Of a DNA stretch of 59,113 nt, positions 16,159 through 24,524 are shown one piece after another. The position numbers were made by a program, and so were the translations under genes. The DNA comes from a virus. Lineage: Duplodnaviria > Caudoviricetes. The stretch covers positions 1 through 59,113 of the IMG/VR virus record IMGVR_UViG_3300031578_000036; one strand, 5' to 3'. The notes beneath the pieces are model-generated. The model saw only the letters and a list, made by a program, of their open reading frames with translations, ran no database searches and was not told where the DNA came from. How positions within the stretch are numbered: position 1 is the stretch's first letter; each line of letters opens with the position of its first letter.

Positions 16159-18489
16159 TCACGGCTTGACGCGCCGCGCAGCCTCCGGGTTCGGCACCAT
16201 GATCTCCTGGTGGTGGTACCCCAGCCGCGAATAGTCCAACATCACGCTATCGTACCCGGCGCGGTGCAGGGCGGCGGTAACATCACGCGCGGTTGCTGTT
16301 GGCGTCAGATCAAGTGCACCCCTCACGAGGGCCTCTTTGTCCATGCCCCACTTGTCCGCCGCCAGGCGGAGTGGATTCTTCAGGGTTACATCGAAGGCGA
16401 GCGTCTTCTGACCCTTTCCGGCGATGTTCGGGTCGGTTGATAGATATGCTCCGCGTCCCAAGTAACCGGGATCCGTTCCCGTCCCAAAACGTGCGGGGTC
16501 GAAGACATCAAACTCCTCCCCGGCCGTGGCATGAAAGGCCCGGAACGTCGCGGGCTCATCGGGAAGCGATGCCAAAGCTTCTCGGAGTCCAGCCGGGGCG
16601 GTTGTGCCTCGGGCCGCCGCCCCCCGTCGTGCGTTCTCGCGGGCTGCCCGTTCTTCCTCGATCTGGCGGATCCGCGCGTCCGTGCGCTGGCCTGCCGCGC
16701 TCCGCGTCTTGCGCGTGTCCACGATGCGTGTGTCACAACGGCAGTTGTGGGTAGCGTAACCGTCTGCGATGTAGTAACTTGAAGTGGTTTCGAGGTTATA
16801 CACCCAACCGGAGAAGTGGCGATGGCTTTGAAGAAGGACTTGCCCGAAACGGTAATCGCGCAACTCTACCGCGACATGGAGTGGTCCGAGTTGCAGGTCG
16901 CCAAGCACCTCCACGTCGACCGGAGGACCATCCGCAAGCGCCTGCTCGCCCTCGGCATTCAACCCCGGGGGCGTAGTGAGGCTGAGTTGCTGAAGTGGAG
17001 CCACCGGACCCCCACCCAGCGCCACTTCCAGGTGTCCGCCGCCCACGATGCTGTCCGAGGCCAACCCCAGGGATTCTTGCATAAGTGCAGCATCGCCCTC
17101 GGGAAGCAGCGCACCCTCCCGAACGTTTCGCCCCTGGAACTCGACGCTATGCGCATGCTCCAGGCCCACGGGCTCGATCCCGTCCAGCAACTCGCGATAG
17201 GTCCCTACAATTGCGACCTGGCCCTCGATCCCGTCGCCGTGGAAATCTGGGGCGGCAACTTTCACTTTTTCGGCAGACACTTCGCCCGCGTGGAGGAACG
17301 CTTCCGCTATATCCTCAATGCGGGCTGGTGCATCTACGTCCTGCCCATCACCGTCCCCGACCCCCTGACTGAAACCAGGGTGCGCGATCTCGTCACCTAC
17401 ATTCACGCTGCCCGCCGGCACCCACCCGTGCCGCGTGAGTACCGGGTGGTTTGGCGTGCAGGAGAGTGGGAGCGCGTCGGCACAGCGGAGGATGATGAGA
17501 TCGCCGTGAAACCACCGTTTCGTGGCGCCCACGATCCGACCACGGGGCGCTACTACCGCCTCGCCGGGTAGACACGACGGATGAATCGGCGGGTCGCCCT
17601 CGGGGAACGATTGCCCTACCGGCACGGTCGTTTTGTGGAGCCGCATACAGATATCGCATGTCCGTTCCGAAGGCGACGCCAGCCACATGATCTCGTGGTA
17701 TTCGGGGTTGAGCGCACCCTCGCGCATGGCCTGGGTCCAGAACGCCGAACGGCCGGCTGTCACGGCTCGGGTCGCCTCGGTCCTGGCTATGGTCAGGGCG
17801 CGCTGCGTGATGGCCCGCTGTTGGTAGGCGTCGGCCAGCCGGTTGGCGTTCGCCAGCGTCACCTGGGCATTGCGCCGCACCACGTCCCGGCTCATGGCCC
17901 ACCGCTCGTGCAGGTAGTCCACGCCCAGGTCCCGGTCGGCCGCCTCAATGACGCCTTGCCGAAACGACGTGACGGCCCGGGCCTGCATCTGCGTCAGCCC
18001 GATGCTGGACCGGATGGCCCGAGCTGCTGCCTGGGTACCGAGTCCGTTCTCGTAGGCCAGTCGAGTGGCGAGTCGCACCGCTGCCCGTGTTTCGTCCGTC
18101 ACCTCGCGGATCAGCGTCGGGAGGTGGCTGTTCAGGTAGTTGACCACGAGCGGGTCGATGACCTGCCAGCCCATGCTGACCGTGCCAGGCATCCGGGTCA
18201 GGGCGAGGCGGCCGCCCTCCTCCATGGCCGAGCGCAGCCCGGGGCCCATCTCCTGGCCCAACGCGGCGGCCAGCGTCTGCCAGTCCACCGCGCCCTCGAC
18301 CAGCGCCCAGTTACCCGCCTCGAAGGCGGCGGCGATCCGCGCCATGCTCGTGGACTTCATGGCCTGCAACAGCGCCTGCTCAATGCCCGGATACAGCTTT
18401 ATGCCCATGCGCTCGTAGGCGGCGAGCGTTTCGCGCCAGAGCGCGTCCATGCGTGGCGGCGTCTTCCGTGCCTTCACGAGCCAAGTCAC
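16159..18489 (-). CDS. MuF (gp7-like) minor head protein with intein and C-terminal ADP-ribosyltransferase-like domain
   Basis: RALTIARTE, W...ERTCDIC..LH and PPIHPS|CRC, the MuF motif split by the intein. C-terminal FHAT...FDVFD...GRGAYLST...LKNPL...GYDSV...EIMV. Directly follows the portal. Confidence 0.88.
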   Translation of the reverse strand: MTWLVKARKTPPRMDALWRETLAAYERMGIKLYPGIEQALLQAMKSTSMARIAAAFEAGNWALVEGAVDWQTLAAALGQEMGPGLRSAMEEGGRLALTRMPGTVSMGWQVIDPLVVNYLNSHLPTLIREVTDETRAAVRLATRLAYENGLGTQAAARAIRSSIGLTQMQARAVTSFRQGVIEAADRDLGVDYLHERWAMSRDVVRRNAQVTLANANRLADAYQQRAITQRALTIARTEATRAVTAGRSAFWTQAMREGALNPEYHEIMWLASPSERTCDICMRLHKTTVPVGQSFPEGDPPIHPSCLPGEAVVAPRGRIVGATKRWFHGDLIILRCADALPLSCTPNHPVLTRHGWVPAGSVNVGDEIAHPGFSQGVGDGDGQDVDAPARIEDIAEAFLHAGEVSAEKVKVAAPDFHGDGIEGQVAIVGTYRELLDGIEPVGLEHAHSVEFQGRNVREGALLPEGDAALMQESLGLASDSIVGGGHLEVALGGGPVAPLQQLSLTTPPGLNAEGEQALADGPPVDVEVLGDLQLGPLHVAVELRDYRFGQVLLQSHRHFSGWVYNLETTSSYYIADGYATHNCRCDTRIVDTRKTRSAAGQRTDARIRQIEEERAARENARRGAAARGTTAPAGLREALASLPDEPATFRAFHATAGEEFDVFDPARFGTGTDPGYLGRGAYLSTDPNIAGKGQKTLAFDVTLKNPLRLAADKWGMDKEALVRGALDLTPTATARDVTAALHRAGYDSVMLDYSRLGYHHQEIMVPNPEAARRVKP
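16744..17574 (-). mobile_element. Intein (277 aa) in MuF
   Basis: Block A CLPGEA, block B TPNHPVLT..GW, block F VYNLET..YYIADG, block G THN followed by Cys+1. Inserted in the conserved HPxCRC motif. Confidence 0.92.
16822..17571 (+). CDS. HTH + DUF559/Vsr-like (PD-(D/E)xK) endonuclease encoded antisense inside the MuF intein
   Basis: HTH: LY...WSELQVAKHLHVDRRTIRKRL..LGI. Nuclease: SPLE...IGPYNCDLAL..VAVEIWGGNFH...ILNAGW. GGAGA RBS 7 nt before ATG 16822; G/C-rich third codon positions. Confidence 0.85.
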   Translation: MALKKDLPETVIAQLYRDMEWSELQVAKHLHVDRRTIRKRLLALGIQPRGRSEAELLKWSHRTPTQRHFQVSAAHDAVRGQPQGFLHKCSIALGKQRTLPNVSPLELDAMRMLQAHGLDPVQQLAIGPYNCDLALDPVAVEIWGGNFHFFGRHFARVEERFRYILNAGWCIYVLPITVPDPLTETRVRDLVTYIHAARRHPPVPREYRVVWRAGEWERVGTAEDDEIAVKPPFRGAHDPTTGRYYRLAG

Positions 18490-19859
18490 GCGGGCGCTTC
18501 CTCACCCGGCACGTCGGGCTCACCCGGCACGACCACGGGCGCCGGGGCCTCTGGCATGGGCGGCGGCGGCCGGAGCGCACGCTCGCCCTCCGGTACCGCA
18601 GGCAGCCGTGCGGCTTCGCGCAGGTGGTCCTCCAGCACGTCGTCAGGGAACAGCGGGGCACCGGCCCGGGACAGCCGCTCGATGAACGTACCGAGCACGT
18701 CCAGGTCCACCCGCTCCACGCCACCGTGGGCCAGGGTCGGGCATTCCTCTGTGCCCCACCCGTTCAGGGCCATGAGCCGTGGGATGGCGTGGCGGTTGAA
18801 TGTTTCGGCCACCTCGTCCAGCACGCTGTTCATGGCGATGGTGAACAACTCGCTCTTGTCGGTGCTCAGCGCGCGGTTGCCCGAATCGGTACCTAGCAGA
18901 ATGAAATCGGCCAGCAGCGTGGCGGCGATGCGCTGGTCATACCGCTTGACCACCGGGTCGGTGTCCACCCGCTGTTCCCCGGTGGCGGACTTCAACTCGA
19001 AGTCATAGAGCTTGTTGCCGAGCGCGTCGTAGGCCAGCGGCATGACGAGGCCCTTCATCTCATCGTTGCGTATGCGCGTTGCGGTTAGCAGGAACGTCTC
19101 ATAACGCGCCCTGTCATCCGACGATGCGCTCGATGCCGTGATCTGCGGCGGAACCCACATCACCGGCAGCCCCGGCCCCCGCTCGATGCTGATGGCCTCA
19201 ATGTCCTGGATGCGCTTCTTCATGTACCAGGACGTGAACGCCCGCTCCAGCAGGCTGCGCCCCTCGGGATTGCCCTTGGCCGCCGTCGTGCGGAATAGCA
19301 GACTCTTCTCAATCGGGATCGTGTAGACCAGCCCCCGGTTCGGGTCGCGCTGGACCATGGCCGTGACGCCGTTCGAGTCGTCAAACACGAAGTGGTCGCG
19401 TGTCTCCTGGGAGCGGCCCGTGATCTTGCGCCAGCCAATCCGGCCGTCCGTGTACTTGCTCGAGGAGCCGGGCGAGTCCTTGACCGGACCCGCGCGCTTC
19501 TTGTAGACGAGTTCGGACCACTCCCAGCCGTAGACGAGGAAGGTCAGGATCTCACCGAGCATGTCCGTCCACGAATGGCTCATGTCCTCCATGCAGCCCT
19601 CCACGAACTCGACCTGCTCCGCGGCCTGGGGGCCGTCACCTCCCGCCTCCACGCGCCACGGCACCTGACGGGCGAGCATCTCGATGGCGAACAGGCCAGC
19701 GCCCACCACGGGGTCATAGCGGCTCATCTCCGTCCAGACCTTCACAGCCAGGGTGCCCTTGAGCTGCCTCATTGGCTGGTCGCTAGGCAGGCCGCCGGAC
19801 ACCTGTAGTCCGCTGACGCCAGCCTCACCCATCAGGTCAACCTTCGTGTCTTCTGCCAT
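18486..19859 (-). CDS. Portal protein (DUF935 / Mu gp29-like)
   Basis: YGWEWSELVYK, GNPEGRSLL, LADFILLG and AIPRLMALNG motifs; follows TerL. Confidence 0.88.
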   Translation of the reverse strand: MAEDTKVDLMGEAGVSGLQVSGGLPSDQPMRQLKGTLAVKVWTEMSRYDPVVGAGLFAIEMLARQVPWRVEAGGDGPQAAEQVEFVEGCMEDMSHSWTDMLGEILTFLVYGWEWSELVYKKRAGPVKDSPGSSSKYTDGRIGWRKITGRSQETRDHFVFDDSNGVTAMVQRDPNRGLVYTIPIEKSLLFRTTAAKGNPEGRSLLERAFTSWYMKKRIQDIEAISIERGPGLPVMWVPPQITASSASSDDRARYETFLLTATRIRNDEMKGLVMPLAYDALGNKLYDFELKSATGEQRVDTDPVVKRYDQRIAATLLADFILLGTDSGNRALSTDKSELFTIAMNSVLDEVAETFNRHAIPRLMALNGWGTEECPTLAHGGVERVDLDVLGTFIERLSRAGAPLFPDDVLEDHLREAARLPAVPEGERALRPPPPMPEAPAPVVVPGEPDVPGEEAPA

Positions 19860-19908
19860 CGGCCCCTAGCTCCCCTAGTCCTCGGTCTGGGTCAACGTCC
19901 CCGGTTCG

Positions 19909-21318
19909 CTACAGTCTCCATGCTGGTACCTGCACGAGCCCATCTAGTCTTAGGCCCACCACGGGCGCCTCGGCCTCATGCGCCAGCATCAGTTCCCACA
20001 GCGCCCAGGCCCGGGCATCGGCTCGGTCGGGGCTGGGCATCCGCTCGCCTTCGATCCACGTACACATCTGGTCTTCCAGGTCACCGAACGTCCCGACGTG
20101 GTGGACCCTGCCCTGCTCGTCCAAGGCGGCCACAGGCTCGAATCGCTTGTGCTTGCCCTGACTTGCGTGGACCTTCTGCACGTTCACGGTCGGGTCAATG
20201 GTGCGGATCGTGTGCGCTACCATGTCACCGCCCTGGTTCGCCTCGGCCACCACGGCGTCCGCCTTGAATCGGTGGTACAGGCGCACGGCCGTCTCGCCCC
20301 ATTCCTGGGGGGAGTAGCGCCCGCTCGCGTCCTCGAGCACATAGCCATGCTGCTTGAGCGATACCGGGCCGTCCACGCCAGCCACCACGATGCCCGTCTC
20401 GTCGGACTTCGACGTGGCCGTAATGGCGGGGTCCACACCGACCACGATGCGCGCCAGGTGCGGCTCCTGGAGCACGCGGTTGTCGTCAATCGTCTTCCGG
20501 TGCCATAGCGCCCGGGGATCGTCGCTCAGGATCTTGGCATAGATTTCCTGCTGGCCGAGCGTGGTGCCCTCGAGCGGGGCGATGACCGTATCGTAGAACA
20601 GCGGGCTCAGGTTGTAGCGGTTGACGTAGCTGGACGACGTGACCATGCGCCACGCCGGATCGGTACTGCACCGGGCCAGCACGTCCTTGACCAGCTTCAT
20701 GGGCTTGGGCGTGGTTGTGACGCACACCTTCGGCGCGTCCAGTTTGGCCTCGCGCATCCCGAACATCAGGTTGTCCCACGTCTCTTGCGGGTAGCGCCAG
20801 GCGGCCAACTCATCGCACCATGCCCTGTCCCCGCCGAACCCGCGCGTCTGCTCAGGGTTGGCGCCGGAGAACACGGTAGCCGTTGCACCCGTGGGCCAGG
20901 TCAGGCGGCGCTTGCTCGGCACGTACTCGGGGCGCTCCCATGGTGGGGCCACGGTCATAATGCCGCTCAGGCCCTCTACCATGACGTCGCGCACATCGCC
21001 GGGTGTCTTGCCTATGATCGCCATGTGCCTGCGCTCGTCCCCGGCCATTGCCTCAGTGTGCATCCATTCGGCGCCCGTCCTCGTTTTGCCTGCGCCTCGC
21101 CCTGCCAGTAGCAGCCACATGAACCATACGCCTTCGGGTGGGAATTGGTCGGGCCTGCCCCAGAAGTCCCAATTCCATTCCAGCCCGATCCAGTCTTCAT
21201 CGCTGAGGCTTTTGAGCCAGGCGGTTCTCTGTGATTCGGGCAGCGATGCCAGCCAAACGGCCCACGACAGCCCGTCGGGCCTCGGCTGCAACCTCTGCAA
21301 TTTCGATGGCATCTCCAT
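19909..21318 (-). CDS. terL: Terminase large subunit
   Basis: Walker A AGRGAGKTR, Walker B AWCDE, VTTTP coupling motif, nuclease motifs VGVDPA...DETG...SPDRADA. Confidence 0.95.
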   Translation of the reverse strand: MEMPSKLQRLQPRPDGLSWAVWLASLPESQRTAWLKSLSDEDWIGLEWNWDFWGRPDQFPPEGVWFMWLLLAGRGAGKTRTGAEWMHTEAMAGDERRHMAIIGKTPGDVRDVMVEGLSGIMTVAPPWERPEYVPSKRRLTWPTGATATVFSGANPEQTRGFGGDRAWCDELAAWRYPQETWDNLMFGMREAKLDAPKVCVTTTPKPMKLVKDVLARCSTDPAWRMVTSSSYVNRYNLSPLFYDTVIAPLEGTTLGQQEIYAKILSDDPRALWHRKTIDDNRVLQEPHLARIVVGVDPAITATSKSDETGIVVAGVDGPVSLKQHGYVLEDASGRYSPQEWGETAVRLYHRFKADAVVAEANQGGDMVAHTIRTIDPTVNVQKVHASQGKHKRFEPVAALDEQGRVHHVGTFGDLEDQMCTWIEGERMPSPDRADARAWALWELMLAHEAEAPVVGLRLDGLVQVPAWRL

Positions 21319-21694
21319 CCGCCCCCGTGTGCTCTACTCGCTGCGTCTCGCGGTATCCGGCCTGCGTCTTCAGGTAAAAGCAGATCGCACCGATGTTGCC
21401 CTTCCGGGCCTGTGCCAGTAGTGAGTTCCCGACATCCCGCACCGCACTCGCCCTGCCTTCTTTATAGGCACGCGCAATCTGCTCGTCCCGTTTCTTGGCT
21501 GCCTCAAACGTGTCGTGGCTGATCCCGAAGTAGTCCGCCATCTGCTCCATGTTGAGCACCCCGGCAAGCACCCCGATCTCCTTCACTTGCTTCTCCGTGG
21601 GCGTCCACGGCTTCGGGCCCGGCTTGCTGCCGTTCTTGGGCTTGCTGTCCGCCTTCCCGTTCTTGCTCGGCTTCTTGCCGTTGGTTCCGCTCAT
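21197..21694 (-). CDS. terS: Terminase small subunit
   Basis: HTH (MADYFGISHDTF), GNIGAICFYLK and VEHTGADG motifs; directly upstream of and overlapping terL. Confidence 0.8.
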   Translation of the reverse strand: MSGTNGKKPSKNGKADSKPKNGSKPGPKPWTPTEKQVKEIGVLAGVLNMEQMADYFGISHDTFEAAKKRDEQIARAYKEGRASAVRDVGNSLLAQARKGNIGAICFYLKTQAGYRETQRVEHTGADGDAIEIAEVAAEARRAVVGRLAGIAARITENRLAQKPQR

Positions 21695-21936
21695 GGTGCC
21701 AGCTTCAGGTCGCGCAGGGTGAGCATAACGGTGGCCCCGTTCAGGCGGACCTGGAACAGCGGTAGGTCGGGGTTGACCCGCCCGGCCAGGAGCGAGCGCA
21801 CGGTATCCACGCCGACCGATAGCCCCCTGATGGGCAGCGGCATACCATCGGGCGTCAGGCGGTAGGTCAGCGAGACGCCGACGTGTCCCGTGCTGCTCGC
21901 CGTCAGGTCCGTCGTACCGTTGCCGTCGCTTGCCAT
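21691..21936 (-). CDS. Hypothetical protein
   Basis: Coupled ORF between the methyltransferase and terS. Confidence 0.45.
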   Translation of the reverse strand: MASDGNGTTDLTASSTGHVGVSLTYRLTPDGMPLPIRGLSVGVDTVRSLLAGRVNPDLPLFQVRLNGATVMLTLRDLKLAP

Positions 21937-22571
21937 GCCTTCGCTCCCGCTGTGCTCAGGTATCCGTCCGGTGGCCCCATCGTCAGTTCTCCGCCCAACG
22001 TCAGCAGCATCTCGCCCAACTCGCCCACGGTAGGCTCATGCAGGTGCCAGGGGTTTAGCGGCTTGTGCTTCCCGTGGCGTACCGGGCACATGACTACCAG
22101 CGCGCCACCGGGCTCCAGTGCGTCGTAGGCCCGCTGTAGCCATACGGGCTGCTGATGCCCGGCTAGGTGCTCCAGCGTCTCAATGCAGACTACCGCAGCC
22201 AGCGGCTCGAATCCCTGTAGCCATGCGCCTGCCTGGCAAATGGACAACCCGTAGAACGCCACGTTGTCCAGCCGGTACCGTCCCCTCGCCACGTCCAGGG
22301 CCTCCTGGTTCCGGTCTACGCCCACGATTGCCCTGTCCCTGAACGCCTTGGCCAACATCGCCGTGCCGTACCCGGTTCCACATGCGCAGTCGAGGATTGC
22401 CCCATCCGGTAAGTGCGCGGCACGAAGCAGCCGGACGGCCTCACGGTAGCGGCGTGCATGGCGGGCGGTGCTTTCCTTGCTGCTCGAGTGCTTCGGGTCG
22501 TGGTACTCAGCAGGGCGTGGTGCGACCGGCTTCCGTTCGCGCATCGGGATGATGATGGAACGGCTACTCAT
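21903..22571 (-). CDS. Class I SAM-dependent methyltransferase (glycan-cluster type)
   Basis: ILDCACGTGYG, GVD, VCIETLEHL, LEPGG and NPWHLHE motifs. Confidence 0.88.
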   Translation of the reverse strand: MSSRSIIIPMRERKPVAPRPAEYHDPKHSSSKESTARHARRYREAVRLLRAAHLPDGAILDCACGTGYGTAMLAKAFRDRAIVGVDRNQEALDVARGRYRLDNVAFYGLSICQAGAWLQGFEPLAAVVCIETLEHLAGHQQPVWLQRAYDALEPGGALVVMCPVRHGKHKPLNPWHLHEPTVGELGEMLLTLGGELTMGPPDGYLSTAGAKAWQATATVRRT

Positions 22572-23049
22572 ACGAGGCGGACCTTACGGTGAGGTGCCCC
22601 AAAGTACCTACCCTGTTGGGTGTTAGGCCCGCGGCGATCTGTGCTGCGCGAATGGAACCAAAGTAGCGCACGTATAACGTATGAGAGGGCACTTCTGGAG
22701 CCGCAGTGATTTCCGAACAGCTCGGCGTGTGCCCAAGCTGTTCCGCTAGGGTGCGGAGTGCGTGGATAGAGGTTTCTGGCCCAATCCATGTCTTGGCGCG
22801 GCCCGCACGGTGGGCATTAGAACACGGTCGGGAACAGTACTTCCGTCGACGTGCCCCGAACGGGGTAACCATGAACCCCCTACCGCACCCAACGCAGCGG
22901 ACGGGCACCCTCATGTTCCTAACTTTGTCGCAACCGGCGCGACGAACGATTTGAGCAACCCGCTGCCGGGTTATACCATATTTCGCGCCGATGGCGGCGA
23001 ACGTCATGCCGCCCTCATAGGCCGCAACCATTTCTTCGTCGCGCATCAT
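22564..23049 (-). CDS. DNA-binding protein: HTH + Zn ribbon + homing-endonuclease-associated repeat
   Basis: TFAAIGAKYGITRQRVAQI; CVGC...KYCSRPC; LAEQLGHTPS...YFGSIRAAQIAAGL. Confidence 0.7.
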   Translation of the reverse strand: MMRDEEMVAAYEGGMTFAAIGAKYGITRQRVAQIVRRAGCDKVRNMRVPVRCVGCGRGFMVTPFGARRRKYCSRPCSNAHRAGRAKTWIGPETSIHALRTLAEQLGHTPSCSEITAAPEVPSHTLYVRYFGSIRAAQIAAGLTPNRVGTLGHLTVRSASYE

Positions 23050-23948
23050 GCTGTCCTTAGCCGGGCAATCGCCGGCAGTTCGGAGTCCCAGATGCGTTTC
23101 ACGCCGTCGCCCAATGCGCCACCGTCCATCGCCCTGATATGCTCCACCAGTCGCTTGAACGCCCACGGCTCCAGGCTGGCCGCATGGTCGCTGCCCTTCG
23201 CGTTGCGGTCCAGCGTGATATGGCGCTCCACGACCTCGGCACCAAGTGCCACGGCCCATTCGGTGGGGCTGCGTCCGTATTCATGTCCACTGTAGCCCAC
23301 CCGCCAGCCCTCGTCCCCGAACGTCTCGTGCATCCATGCAGCCAGCCTGGGCACGCACATCAGGTTGAGTTCCGTGGTCGGGGCCGGGTAGGCCATGTGA
23401 CAGTGCAGTACCCAGAGCTCCGGGCATTCGAGGTGTAGCGGTGTGGACGCGGTGAGTCGGGCATAGGCCACCACCACCGCCGTGCGCGTCTGTTCCTCGG
23501 CTATGCCACCCGTGCTCAGGACTAGCGCCTGGGCTCCGCGGCGTGCGGCCTGATTGGCGGCAGCGACCACGAGCTCCAGGTCGGTGACCCGGGCCGAGGG
23601 GATCTTGATCCATGGGCAGGCCAGTGCGTTCTCCCGTTCCAGGCTCGGCACGTCGAACACGCTCACGCCCATGGCCACACCCGCCATCCGGGCCTCACGC
23701 TGGAGTTCGGCCAACTGCTCGGCGCTGAACTCCATGCGCTTGCGGTATGCCAACTTGGACATACGCTCGCCCCATGGTGTGTCGCGCAGTTCGTTCCATT
23801 CGGCTTCGGGTACGGCAAGCTCGGGCGTGCGTAGCTGGAACTTCACCGCGTCAACACCCGCCTCTGCGGCAGCATGGATCAGACGGACGGCCTTGCTGAA
23901 CTCGCCATCCCAATTGATCCCGACTTCCGCGCAGATGTACGTGCTCAT
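23046..23948 (-). CDS. neuB: N-acetylneuraminate / nonulosonic acid synthase
   Basis: ICAEVGIN, DAVKFQ, IKIPS, VLSTG, LHC..YP, GYSGHE, ERHITLD and GSDHAASLEP; no C-terminal SAF domain. Confidence 0.93.
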   Translation of the reverse strand: MSTYICAEVGINWDGEFSKAVRLIHAAAEAGVDAVKFQLRTPELAVPEAEWNELRDTPWGERMSKLAYRKRMEFSAEQLAELQREARMAGVAMGVSVFDVPSLERENALACPWIKIPSARVTDLELVVAAANQAARRGAQALVLSTGGIAEEQTRTAVVVAYARLTASTPLHLECPELWVLHCHMAYPAPTTELNLMCVPRLAAWMHETFGDEGWRVGYSGHEYGRSPTEWAVALGAEVVERHITLDRNAKGSDHAASLEPWAFKRLVEHIRAMDGGALGDGVKRIWDSELPAIARLRTA

Positions 23949-24215
23949 GCCAGCATCCACGCCCCCAGCGAGTAGAGCACCCAGCCGCAGAACATGCCGA
24001 GGAGCACGGCCGCAATCGCCCGGCGCCAGCTCATGGCTGCTCCGTCTGGTCCTGGCTACGGACCATCGCCGCGCGGTCGCGGTCCTTCCGCCCACGGGTC
24101 GCGCGCTCCTGCTCCGCGTCGTATGCGTCCCACCGGATGGGCGCCTGCTTGCGCGTCTTCCAGCCGTATGGGGTGCGGAGTTCTTCCGTGCCGTTGCGCT
24201 TGCGTGTGCGGCTCA

Positions 24216-24524
24216 TCAGCCCGCCTTCCGTCCGTCCACATCCTGCCAGTCGAACTCACCGAACAGCGTGCCGTCCGGGTCTACCTTGGCCAGAACCTCG
24301 TCGCGCGTCTGATTCATACGCACGGGCCTCGGTGCGCCGCGCAGCGCGGCCATGCACCCACTCACCCGCTTGCGTGGCTCCATGTTGGCGACGGTGTAGT
24401 CAGGGTTGTCCTCAACCAGATCCTCCACCGCCAACACCTCACCGATGCGGATGCTGACCTTCGCCGTCACCGCGGGCCGCTCCTGCCCGAGAATCAACAC
24501 GCCGTCCCCGTTGCCTTCAGCCAT
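24216..24524 (-). CDS. Hypothetical protein
   Basis: Coupled ORF with a GGGGGA RBS. Confidence 0.5.
   Translation of the reverse strand: MAEGNGDGVLILGQERPAVTAKVSIRIGEVLAVEDLVEDNPDYTVANMEPRKRVSGCMAALRGAPRPVRMNQTRDEVLAKVDPDGTLFGEFDWQDVDGRKAG

Noticed and set aside
21197-21318. terS/terL overlap as a novel dual-coding region
   Set aside because: Overlaps between terminase genes are common, and the true terL start may lie further downstream.
22564-23049. Active homing endonuclease next to neuB
   Set aside because: Only DNA-binding-type modules are visible; there is no HNH, GIY-YIG or PD-(D/E)xK catalytic motif.
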